Below are positions 22,031-34,261 of a stretch of DNA of 64,000 nucleotides, one piece after another. The notes under the pieces were generated by a model. The model saw only the letters and a program-made list of their open reading frames with translations. It searched no databases and had not been told where the DNA came from. The DNA comes from Macrostomum lignano. Its lineage: Eukaryota. The stretch is taken from NCBI GenBank assembly GCA_002269645.1, contig NIVC01002482.1, forward strand, positions 62,304 through 126,303, given 5' to 3'. How positions within the stretch are numbered: position 1 is the first letter of the stretch; every line of letters begins with the position of its first letter. The translations under genes and the position numbers were made by a program.

Positions 22031-25000
22031 CTAAGCGGAGCTCATCTGCTCCAGCTGCCTCAGCCGCTCGCGCCGGGTACGCAGCACCTTCTGGTCCCAG
22101 TCAGGCAGACTCTGCACCAGGTGGTTGGTCACGTGACGGTGCCCCAGGACCATCTGGCCATTGGCGTTGCTGGCGGGGCACTGCTTGGTTTTAACGAGAA
22201 CGCGACTGCCTCGGAGACGCGGCTTCTGTATCTCCACGTCCTTTCGGATTCGAAGCAGGCGGGTAGAATGGAATTCAGTTGGTGCAATAAATTTATGGAA
22301 ATTAACTTAAAATTATCCCCTCAACTCAATCTGTGATACTCAGTATCTCCCCTCAACTCAATCCGTGATACTCAGTATCTCCCCTCAACTCAATCCGTGA
22401 TACTCAGTATCTTCCCCTCAACTCAATTCGAGTTTCCGCCATCTAAAGTAAAAGTTCCCAGTCCAATCAGACTGTCCATTTCTTACCGGCAGTCGCAGAA
22501 GAGGCTCCACATGCGGCTTTTGACCTTTGACGTTGCCGCCAATGCCACCGCCAACCGCGCCGACGCCGGGTCTACGATAAACAACACCTGCTGTATCCGT
22601 GCAGAAGGCTTCAATGCGACGCTCAATCAGGCGCAGGTGCGCTTTGGACAATTCGAAATCCGTCAGCAGTCGGGGCACGCCAGAGTTCGAGGTTGTCCAG
22701 GCGGCACTCGGAGGTGCATTGGCGGCGCCTGCTGAGTCACCAGGCCCTTTGCCAGCATCAGTCGGGCGGAAGGCCGCTCTGTTGGCCTCGTTGGCAGCGA
22801 AAGCAGCAGCAGGCTGTCGATATTCTGAGTGGAGGCAAGGACAAGTATTCAATCTTAAAATTTAAAATTTGGAATTAATTTTTTTGTTTCTCTCAAAAAT
22901 GTAGACGTTTTGCGCGGCGGATGCTTTCTCGTTGAGTGTTCGCCCGTCGATTGCTTTCTCGTTGGGTGTTCGCCCGTCGGATGCTTTCCCGTTGGGTGTT
23001 CGCCCGTCGGATGCTTTCCCGTTGGGTGTTCGCCCGTCGGATGCTTTCTCGTTGAGTGTTCGCCCGTCGATTGCTTTCTCGTTGGGTGTTCGCCCGTCGG
23101 ATGCTTTCCCGTTGGGTGTTCGCCCGTCGGATGCTTTCCCGTTGGGTGTTCGCCCGTCGGATGCTTTCCCGTTGGGTGTTCGCCCGTCGGATGCTTTCCC
23201 GTTGGGTGTTCGCCCGTCGGATGTTTTCCCGCTGGGTGTTCGCCCGTCGGATGTTTGTCCGCTGGGTGTTCGCCCGTCGGATGTTTGTCCGTTGGGTGTT
23301 CGCTCATCGGATGTTTGCCCGCCGCACATTTCCCAGCTACAATATTCTTCAATAGTTCAAGTTTAGCCCAGCCTAGCCTTCCCTTAATTTGCTTCCTTAA
23401 CACGAGAATACTTTGCTCTTGAAGATTTTTTACTGTATGTTTTATGCGATTTTCAGTACACAGTCACTTTTGTGCAAATAAATATTCAAATAATTTAAGT
23501 TTGACACCGACTTAAAATTGTTCTTAATTTTAAACTCAGTGTAAGATTCGAACGATTCTAGAAAGATTTAATCATCAAAGAAGCTTGAAACGAAACTGTT
23601 TACTGCATAAGACAGACGAAATTTCGATACTATACCTGCTGAAATTACGAATAATCATTCCCACTTGCATTAAGAGGATCCACAACAATACAAGTACAAG
23701 CGAATCTACAAGCTACATCTGATAGACGCGTACAAAAAGCTGCACCAATCACTCCGACCAGATGAATTTTCAGCTACTACGGTGTACAAACGTCGGCGGG
23801 GCAAACGTCTCGCTGCCAAAATTCTCCACCCCTTCAGGATATTTGCGAGCCAAAGATGCCAAAAAGTCTTGCGTTTTATGTTTCTACTAAGGAACTGTTA
23901 AATATCTCGACGGCCTCGAATATCGCCGAGTTAAAAAACTTGCTCGCAAAATCGAGACAATTTTGTAGAATTGTGGAACTGAGCGTCCGATTTTTCACCC
24001 AAATTAATTGCCAAAAAATACAAGCTACGCTAGCCAAACAGCATATCACTGATGCTTTGATACCTTTACAGTTGTTTCTTTTCAAGTTCACCCATTATCT
24101 TAGACGAGACAAAGAAGACATTTCTTTTTGTTTGAAGAGTAGGAAATGTTGCGGGCCATTCCTCCTTTAAAGTTGGGTATGAGTTCTACTTAACTGCGAA
24201 AAAATAGTGCTGATTTAGTGTATCGTCTTTGCTCCATCCGGGTTACGCGATGAAAGCCAGTCGAAAAAGATTTTTAAAGCATCTAACTGTTGATCAATCA
24301 GCCTTCCAGGAATTTTATCTAAATATTTTATCCACTCAGAGCTCCATTTTTCAACAGAAATCAAAATCAGGCCGCTCACCCAGACCCGAGACTATTCCTT
24401 TCTCGGATGCTTCCAGTTCGCGTTGCAACAGCCGGCGACTCCTAGGGACCGTGCGCCGCCGCTGCTGCTGCTGCTGCTGCCACATCTTCAACTGCGGCTG
24501 CCCGCTGTCCAGCTCAGACTCCCTGGCCTCTTCCTCATCTTCGTTCTGAAGCGACGCGACCAGTTTAGCCGGCCTCGATCGCTCTCGAAGATGCCGCCTG
24601 CGCTCCGCATTCACCCGGCACAGGTGGCGATAGTAGAGCGACGCATCGGCCGGAGCCGGACCCAGCTGGCTGCGGCCCTCCACGTACATGGCCAGCATGT
24701 GCTGCCAGAGCAGGTCGCCAGGCGGCGGCTGCTTGCGCGTGTGCATCAGCCAAGCCTGGCGTTGTTGCTGCTGCAGCTGGCGCTGCTCCTCGCCTGCTGC
24801 CACGGGATCTGTGGAAGCCGCGGTTGCTGCGGCTGCAGCCGCGGCTACTGCCGCTGCCGCCGCGGCACCGCCCGCAATTCGAGGATCCTGGCCGAGTCGA
24901 CGCATCAGAGGGGCCCGACGTGAACGAGACTGCAGACGGAGCAGGATCGTTTGGCGCAGCTGGGCCAGAGCGCCGCGGTTGCGAGACAGCAGTCGGCGAC

Positions 25001-28000
25001 AATTGGCGCGATTCAGCCAGTAGCCGTAGGTGTTGTCGACGCTTATTGCAGTTGTGAGACTCTCGCCTAAACTTGCGAGCAGCTCCACTTGCCCGAGAAT
25101 CTCGCCCTCGCCTAGCAAGGCAATCTCGACCTGACGACTGCGCTGCCTCTGCTCAGCAGCCTGGTAGCCCTGACGATGTCGAAGCAGTCCCGCCTGCACG
25201 GCCGCTGCAGCCGGAGCCGGAGTCGCTGCCGGCGCCGCTGAAGATTGTTCGTCCTTCTCTGACTTCTGGATGCTCGCCGGCCACCTGATTGGATCGGCGA
25301 GCAGCTTCACGGATCCTCTTGACAGATGGGAAATGAATGCACTTTGCTTTATTCTGGTTCGCTCCTAGAATCAAATTTCTCGGTTTTATTTTTTACGTTT
25401 GTTTCCCTACATAGAAGCATATTTTAACGAGACTTGAGTTTGAAGGCAAAGTTGCACCTGAATTTGGACTTATTGTCATGGCAACTACCGGTTGTCTATC
25501 AAGGCCCCCGTAGACGAAAAAATTCAACAGGTCTACTATTTTTCCTCTCTCCCCCTGGAGCAGGCTTTCTCATTGCACTGGGAGGCTCACCCCAAACCCA
25601 TAGCAGTGTCTGAATGGTCGGGTGGTCAGCAGTGCGGCCTCCACCACCCCCGCCCCTTACTGGGGATCATGCAGCCAGGTATCAGCAACAGTAGAGGCAG
25701 TTTTTGGGAGCCGGGAAATTTCAGCTGAGGTGGTGGAAGCAACCGGAGCAAGCATTGTCTTGCAGCAGCAATGCTTGGGATACGAGGATATACCTACACT
25801 TGCTAACCATGCACGCATTGGAAACACGTGACAACTTCACGTTTCTCACGTCCATTTATTGAAGCACACTTCTGCATCCTAAACCTGGCATGATTACTCT
25901 GAAATTCAACTACCTCGCAGCTGTCAGATCCTAAGTGGAGATGCTTCAAAATTAATATCCGGGTATTTAAAGTTTGAGTATACCGTACGTGAAGCCGGGT
26001 GTAATTCGGGTTTGTGAATTTTGTAGATTTTGAAACGCCCTCCTCGAAAATGGGACGATGTCATGTCACCGAAGGCTTTGCGCCAGGTGCCCGCAGCCAT
26101 AAAATTATCATATATTACAATATTATAGCTATTAAGTGGATGGACTCGCTTCCTCACCCAACAATAAAGAACAGGCCTCCGCTCTTCTGTCCCTGCTGCA
26201 CAATCGGCTCGCCGTATCCGTACACCTCCTTGTGCAGGCTGTTGCGCAGGCTCTGCCGCTGCTTCGGTCGCCAGTTGACGAACACAGGGCAGGTGTCTAT
26301 GAAGCTCTCGATCATCTGGTACTCCTGCAGCTGGTAGGCTTTAAGAGTTCTAGCAAATGACACCTGGTGAATTACTAGCACTGCGACATCCTCATCGCAG
26401 ATGACGGACGCCTTACGGATGCTGTTAGGACTGGTGAGGGCGATCTCGCCGAATGCGTAGCCCTCGCCCATCTGCAGCACGTGAGCGCCTAGCAAGCGGC
26501 TGCGCAACTCTTCTGCGTCCTCGCCGTGACTGGCTAATTTATTAGCATCATCGAGGAAGGCCAAGTCCACATCCTCGTCGGCATCTTCCGCATCCGCCTC
26601 TGGGTCCCGATCCGCTTGGTTGGGACCCCCTGCGCCTGAAGCTGAGGCGTCGGCAGCAGTGACAGACTCCGAGGCCTGCTCGGCATCGCTGTTGACATAC
26701 ACGGAGACGCGTCCGGTGATCACCAGGTAGAAACTGTGGCCCTTCTCGCCCTGCCGAATGATCAGCTCATTGGCATGGAAACGCTGCAGGTGGCAGTCGC
26801 GAACGATTTCTCGAATAGCGTCTGGAAAGATTTTTTAACGAGTTGAAATCACAAATGCTAGAATAACTAGATGGGCCACTCAACACATTTGCGTGCAAGC
26901 TACTTTCAGTTCAGTAGCAAGTTAAACTGAAGCATTTTAATGTATTTTTAAAGACAAAGATTACAGGCTGCGTATTTACGAGTTATTGGCTCTTACCCCC
27001 CCCCCCATTTTAAACATTCAAACTCCACTCAAAACCTTTACCCCTGCCCCGCCACCCAATTTTTTTACTTTCCCCGGTTGTTCGAGCCTAAATCTGCCAT
27101 GTACATTTCAGTGGCTTATCATGTACATTATGGTTGAACCAATTAGCAAGCTGTTAACGCCTGCAAGCTTGGGCTTCTGAACTTATCAAAGTCATCTCAG
27201 CTGCCTTTATTCTTATAAAATAGCTTAGGTATTCTTCATTGCTACTGAAATGAAAGTAGAAAGCTGTTTTGCTAGGTATTTATGCCTGAGTGGCCAATCG
27301 AGTCATATTCTAGTATCTGAGGTTGAAATTGAGTTCGAGACCCCGAGTTTGATTCATAAACAACTGAAGTAAGTAGGACGCTACAGTCGATTTTGTTTGA
27401 AGTTACTTTTCAAAAAGGGTTGCAGACTAGTGGTTAGAGCGTCGGACTCGCGAATGAAAGGTCGGGGGTTCGATTCTTGACCCACTCGGAACAATTTGTG
27501 TCTTTGAGCAAGACACTTGACTCTGCATTGCTTCAGTTCAACCCAGCTGTAAAATGGGTGCCAGCATTAGCTGGGGTAATTGGGAGTGTGTGTGGCGACC
27601 CCCCAGTCCTTGGACTGAACAGCCGTACGCAGCTTTCAGATGCGCAATAGCTGGAGTTTGTCACGTCGGGCACTCATGCCTAGCTGAAAGTGCGCATAAA
27701 AAGGCAGGACCGCCGTACACCCACCCTGTGTGAGCGTGTGCCTGCGTACATATCCGAGTTCGTGCTCAAAGGGTCAGCAAACTCGGAATGACTGCTTGCC
27801 TCCTGGCTGGCTGCTTGTCGACTTTCGCCATTGAGTTGCGGCACATGACCAAAGCCTCTCTGTATTTTTTCTACATGGCGATAGATTTCAACCGACAATG
27901 CAAACTTTTCGCACTGATTTCTTTTCTTTACAATGCCTGCACAGTCGGTACATGAACTCTCAGACTTCTTGAAACACAAGTGGGCTCCCCCTGCACTGAA

Positions 28001-30114
28001 ATTAGTTTCCTCTCAGTGAGATTAGTTTCCTCTCAGTGAGATTAGTTTCCCTCTCATTGAGATTAGTTTCCCTCCCATTGACATTAGTTTCCAACTCATT
28101 GAGATTCACTTCTGTCATTAAGATTCACTTCTGTCTCATTGAGATTCGCTTCTGTCTCATTGAGATTCACTTCTGTCTCATTGAGATTCGCTTCTGTCTG
28201 ACTGAGATTCACTTCTGTCTCACTGAGATTCACTTCTGTCTCATTGAGATTCGCTTCTGTCTGACTGAGATTCACTTCTGTCTCACTGAGATTCACTTCT
28301 GTCTCATTGAGATTCGCTTCTGTCTGACTGAGATTCACTTCTGTCTCATTGAGAATCACTTCTGTCTCATTAAGATTCACTTCTGTCTCATTGAGATTCA
28401 CTTCTGTCTCACTGAGATTCACTTCTGTCTCATTGAGATTCACTTCTGTCTCATTAAGATTCACTTCTGTCTCGTTGAGATTCACTTCTGTCTCATTGAG
28501 ATTCGCTTCTGTCTGACTGAGATTCACTTCTGTCTCACTGAGATTCACTTCTGTCTCATTGAGATTCGCTTCTGTCTGACTGAGATTCACTTCTGTCTCA
28601 TTGAGAATCACTTCTGTCTCATTAAGATTCACTTCTGTCTCATTGAGATTCACTTCTGTCTCACTGAGATTCACTTCTGTCTCATTGAGATTCACTTCTG
28701 TCTCATTAAGATTCACTTCTGTCTCGTTGAGATTCACTTCTGTCTCATTGAGATTCACGTCTGTCTCATTGAGATTAACTTTTGTCTCATTGAGATTCAC
28801 TTCTGTCTCATTGAGATTCACTTCTGTCTCATTGAGATTCACTTCTGTCTCACTGAGATTCACTTCTGTCTCATTGAGATTCACTTCTGTCTCACTGAGA
28901 TTCACTTCTGTCTCATTGAGAATCACTTCTGTCTCACTGAGATTCACTTCTGTCTCATTAAGATTCACTTCTGTCTCATTGAGATTCACTTCTGTCTCAT
29001 TGAGATTCACTTCTGTCTCATTGAGATTCACTTCTGTCTCATTGAGATTCACGTCTGTCTCATTGAGATTCACTTCTGTCTCATTGAGATTCACTTCTGT
29101 CTCGTTGAGATTCACTTCTGTCTCATTGAGATTCACTTCTGTCTCATTGAGAATCACTTCTGTCTCATTGAGAATCACTTCTGTCTCATTGAGATTCACT
29201 TCTGTCTCATTAAGATTCACTTCTGTCTCATTGAGATTCACTTCTGTCAAACTGAGATTCACTTCTGTCTCATTGAGATTCACTTCTGTCAAACTGAGAT
29301 TCACTTCTGTCTCATTGAGATTCACTTCTGTCTCATTGAGATTCACTTCTGTCTCACTGAGATTCACTTCTGTCTCATTGAGATTCGCTTCTGTCTCATT
29401 GAGATTCACTTCTGTCTCATTGAGATTCACTTCTGTCTCATTGAGATTCACTTCTGTCTCATTGAGATTCACTTCTGTCTCACTGAGATTCACTTCTGTC
29501 TCATTGAGATTCACTTCTGTCTCATTAAGATTCACTTCTGTCTCATTGAGATTCACTTCTGTCTCATTGAGATTCACTTCTGTCTCATTGAGATTCACTT
29601 CTGTCTCATTGAGATTCACTTCTGTCTCACTGAGATTCACTTCTGTCTCACTGAGATTCACTTCTGTCTCATTGAGATTCACTTCTGTCTCATTGAGATT
29701 CACTTCTGTCTCACTGAGATTCACTTCTGTCTCACTGAGATTCACTTCTGTCTCACTGAGATTCACTTCTGTCTCACTGAGATTCACTTCTGTCTCATTG
29801 AGATTCGCTTCTGTCTCACTGAGATTCACTTCTGTCTCATTGAGATTCACTTCTGTCTCATTGAGATTCACTTCTGTCTCATTGAGATTCACTTCTGTCT
29901 CATTGAGATTCACTTTAATAGGTCGAGAGCAAGCGCTTGAACGCAATGGGCTAGCAACAACACCGAACTCAGGAACCAGCGTACCTTTGTTGCGCAGCTT
30001 CCGAAAATATGAGCTGCTGGATTCGATCCACCTGGCCAAGAACTCGATCTCCTCCTCGTTGCGCCCCTCTGGCGCAGTCTCGTACAGGCTGATGACGCGG
30101 TCCGTGAAACTCAT
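22031..30114 (-). CDS. Cyclic-nucleotide-binding-domain protein (CNBD2-like), 5 coding exons, 759 aa
   Basis: Exons 30114-29985, 26821-26158, 25317-24380, 22824-22487, 22240-22031. All junctions are GT-AG and phase-consistent (total 2280 nt). cNMP motifs IIRQGEKGHSFYLVITGRV, GYAFGEIAL..SIRKASV, IVQQGQKSGGLFFIV, LGEGEILGQVE. Confidence 0.85.
22317..22430. repeat. 31-bp tandem repeat in the last intron of the CNBD2-like gene
   Basis: TCCCCTCAACTCAATCCGTGATACTCAGTAT x3-4. Confidence 0.85.
22915..23325. repeat. 30-bp minisatellite (GGATGCTTTCCCGTTGGGTGTTCGCCCGTC) in intron 3
   Basis: About 13 units; the overlapping ORFs are periodic artefacts. Confidence 0.93.
26850..27321. mobile_element. hAT-type MITE (family copy 1) in CNBD2-like intron 1
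   Basis: Imperfect TIR CACAAATGCTAGAATA...TATTCTAGTATCTGAG; perfect 8-bp TSD GTTGAAAT; homologous in inverted orientation to 51639-52072. Confidence 0.88.
27416..27760 (+). mobile_element. tRNA-headed CORE-type SINE (3' end approximate)
   Basis: TAGTGGTTAGAGCG A box, GGTTCGATTC B box, then CORE-like TGTGTCTTTGAGCAAGACACTT...CAGCTGTAAAATGGG; second copy at 55523-55800. Confidence 0.8.
28093..29914. repeat. 21-bp minisatellite (TGAGATTCACTTCTGTCTCAT) in CNBD2-like intron 1
   Basis: About 85 units, each with TGAGA...TCTCA inverted ends. Confidence 0.97.
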
Positions 30115-30610
30115 TGCTGATTTCTTCTTGGCAGGTCAAGTCAGTTGGGTCACGACTCGGGGTGAATTCGCTAAGCTTAATTAAATGAGTAGCGCAAACA
30201 TGTCTTTTTTGAGCTGCCCTTACCTCTCGCGCTTCACTCGCCTTGGCCAAGTCAACTTTACGAGCGGTTTAAATACACAAAAAGCACAGGCGCAAGCACA
30301 GTCCTTTAGATTAAGGCTTGATCTTCGGCATATCGTTATTCGCTATCTCATCTCTGCCATATGGCTCGGCCAAGCAGCCTGCGTGCATGGCGTCAAGGTT
30401 TGAGTTGTGCTCACATTATTATCTTGGTCGGCTCACCCGCTCAGGACTCGACTTTTGGGCTCAATTTCGGTTGCCATGGAGATCCGAATTTTTTGCGCTA
30501 TTTTCTCTCTCTCTCTTTCTAGGTAAGTTATGGTAGGATAGCATTTTAATAGTTCTGATTTATTTATGGGCCAATAAGATGTGCGTGCTCGAGCATGAGG
30601 AATGACAACG

Positions 30611-30698
<88 letters not shown>
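30611..30698. repeat. (CT)n microsatellite
   Basis: Direct reading; similar shorter tracts at ~34205-34262 and ~55439-55485. Confidence 0.95.
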
Positions 30699-31611
30699 AA
30701 CGTTAGCACTCTTAATTGAGTCTTAATTCTGGCTCCCATGACTCGGGCCAGCTGTGACTTGCTTTAGTTCTAAATACACGAGGGTTGAGTCTCGGGTCTC
30801 AGACCAGCCACCGAGATTTATTCCCAGGAAACTCTCCCCAGCCTCCCTCCATCCAATTAATCACCAGGTGGGTTCGCGACAGGAATATAAGAGTCCAAGT
30901 CTAATATATAATTGCAGAGCTATTAAACTATACTCTATGGAATACTATAAAAATATAATTTTTTACTGAAAGTTTTCAGAAAATGCCGTCACACTTCTAC
31001 TGCTTGTGAGTAGCATATATTGCGCATTTTATTTTAGCTCAGAATATACACTATTGAGGTTCAGGTACACCGTACAAGTACTTATATGTGTGAGGAGAGA
31101 GAGTAGCAGTCACGCACACACAGGCCAGCCTTATTCAGCAGCTGTCAAATGTCAGGTCAGCCGGAGTGCATACTGTAGGTAAATGAGTCAGAATTCACCG
31201 AGAGTGTGCCTGCACCAGCGTGTCAATGGGTTACTAACTTCATCCCTCTAGCGCATTTATTTGCCTGCTTTGTCTCTTATGCATTGCCAGTCCAAGTGCA
31301 CCTGGGATGATTTTGTGACCAAGAGGCGAGACCAAGAGGAGTGGAGAAGCGGCATTGAGTGAGAGAAAAGACATTCGTCGTGAGATATGAGAGCTGAAAT
31401 AATCAAGCAGATCCCCAGACAGCCGAAAATTAAAAATTTTGAATCTCAATTTTTACAATTTTCAACAAAAAGTGTGATATTGAGATAGTGCGTTCGAATC
31501 TAGGCCCTCTGACAAAAAGTGGCACCTGACCTGGATGATTATGTTACAACAATGTCATCGACTGTGTATTGGGTGCTGTCTGCTGTGGCTCTGGCGCGTG
31601 GCCCCTCCCCC

Positions 31612-32005
31612 CTGAGTTCATGATGATTTCATGAGTTCATGAGTTCATGAGTGAGTTCATGAGTTCATGAGTGATTTAATGAGTGAGTTCATGAGTGAGT
31701 TCATGAGTGAGTTCATAAGTTCCTGATCCTGGGTTTTTGGGTTCATGAGTTCATTGGTTCATTAGTTAATGAGTTATTGAGTTCGAGTTCCTGAGTTCAT
31801 GAATACATGAGTGAGTTCATGAGATGATGAGTGAGTTCATGAGATGATGAGTGAGTTCATGAGATGATGAGTGAGTTCATGAGATGATGAGTGAGTTCAT
31901 GAGATGATGAGTGAGTTCATGAGATGATGAGTGAGTTCATGAGATGATGAGTGAGTTCATGAGATGATGAGTGAGTTCATATTCATAAGTTGATGAGTTC
32001 AGAGT
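31612..32005. repeat. TGAGTTCA-based minisatellite, resolving into a 20-bp unit (TGAGATGATGAGTGAGTTCA)
   Basis: Direct reading. Confidence 0.9.
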
Positions 32006-34226
32006 TCACGAGATGCGAGATTGAAATGATTGCACCTCACTTTGTCGACTCTATCTTTGTAGAAACAAAGATATACACAGACAGAAAATGCTCATTAATT
32101 GCCTGCTAGTTGGGCATACGGTTTACTAATAAGAATAATGTGTAAGAATCAATATGGATCCGACTAACTGCATGACCAACTAATATAAATTTTAGCAATA
32201 GAATTATAATTTCTAATTGACCACCGGACCGGAGCTGCCGCGTGGAGCAGATAAAAGCTGTTTCCGGGATGGCAAGGGCTCATTATATTTTTGAGAAGGC
32301 TAAAGACCACAGTGCAATCTCATTAATACAATAGCACTTTAATGTGAACTATAGAGAAAGACAAATTTCCAAATTATTTTATTCCAATTTTCCAATAGCT
32401 GTTTAACAACAAAAAGCAAACCAATCTAAAGGCATTATGCTACAAAAAGCTTTTTCTCCAGCAGGCCTCAGTTTGGGAGTCACTTTTTTAATACAAAATT
32501 CACTGTCAAACCCTCAGTCCATTCCTCAAGGCTTGCCTTTCCTACTTGAATTCTATTGGCTGGCTTGGTCCCCCCCCCCCCCCCCCCCAGTTCAAGCCCC
32601 GCACGTTTCGGGTAAATTTCCCATATCCATGGCCTATTTATAGCAACTGACGTCAGTCCCACCCCTTCGTCAAGCCTCCACCCCAACCCCCCTCGGCCCC
32701 GAGAGAATCTTCAATAAGCGCGCCCTTAGCAATTTAGGTAAAGCTGCGCCCTTCCTTTCTGGCTTGTTCCTTTGCCATATATGCGCTTGTAGTTTGCTCT
32801 TGCCGCATTTTCCATTCACCACTTTTACCTAACAGCCACTCTGCCACCTAATTCTAAATTGATAGTAATGCAGCGGTAAGTAATAAACCCTCAAACTGAG
32901 TGAGTTAATCGACAAAGCATTATCTTAAGCCGGTGAGGTAGTGGGTTGTTCAGCAACGGAACGCAGCAAATGTGTCCCCCTAACTCTGCATCATACGTTC
33001 TAATAGTAAGTTACTTTTATGTAGCTCATTATTAGAATACGGATGCAGTGCATGATGGTTCCTCAAAATCTGCTGGGCACCTCACTAGCTTGCTCGAAAG
33101 TCGATTGTGCTACAATGCTCAAGTATCCTGTTTGTTTAACGTTAAGTATCGTTTGTCAGCGATTTCTGCGCATGCATGCATATTGACATTCAGGTACAGC
33201 ACTGATAATTTAACAGGCAAATATGCATTTTTAACTAAAGTACACAACACGACAACAAAACAATGCTAGTATCAAGTATTGCACCAGTACTTTTATACTG
33301 GTTATTTTGATGCGGAAATGTCCAAAATTGATGCCAATTTGAGAGCCAAGATTTACTATAGCCGAGTATAGGTTATATAGTTTACTCTGGTTAATGATAT
33401 TGCTAGAAAGCATTGAATTGTTGAGATCTCAAACACTGAGATTAAGATTGATATTTCATTCTTAGATTTAAGAATTCTTTTAAGAAACAAATAAAGAGGA
33501 TAGATGGGAACGCCAGGCCCGACACATTCCATTCCACATACCAAATATGACTACTGTGGACTGGGAGTGAGGACAGGGAGAACTTATTATATAGTGAGCA
33601 CAATTCCATAAAGGACGAACATAAAAATATAGATAAAGGCGGCTGTTTACAGTCTCTACCAAAACCAAATTCCTGAACCTTCTTGCTAAACACAAAATAA
33701 GTAAGCAGTAACGTAAATGGAGGTCTTTGTCTCGCTCGGCATCACACGAGGACTGGGGCTTGTTTTTGTCTGGCGTGTGTCTCGAATTTGAACTTTGTTT
33801 TATCAACTTAACGACCCCGTCTGGAGAGGAACGGGGACGAGAACATAGGGAGTGGCCTTGAGCAGGGAGCACCGGAGCACTGAGAGACTTGAAATTGAAA
33901 ATGAACACCCCCGAAAATGGGGCTATGCAGAGGCCAGTTTGTATAAAAAAAAGCTTTGCAAGATGGGCCTAGAACCCTTTACTTTCTGCGCAAAGCTAAA
34001 CCGATTTTTATGACAATCTTCACTCTTCAGTCTTCACACAACTGGCACGAGTTTCATATTGGAAAATGAGCAGAAAGTTTAAAATCATTTTTTGGCATCA
34101 AAGCTATGTACATTAAAAACTGGCAACCAACTTTAAATAAACAGTTGTGTTATTCCGGGGCCGGTGCTCTCCTGAGAGTGTTCTAAACGTACACCCACTA
34201 CCCGGCTCTCTCTCTCTCTCTCTTTT

Positions 34227-34261
<35 letters not shown>

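Noticed and set aside
22281-22295. AATTTATTGCA in the last CNBD2-like intron resembling the SL 3' end
   Set aside because: An 11-nt AT-rich match is expected by chance.
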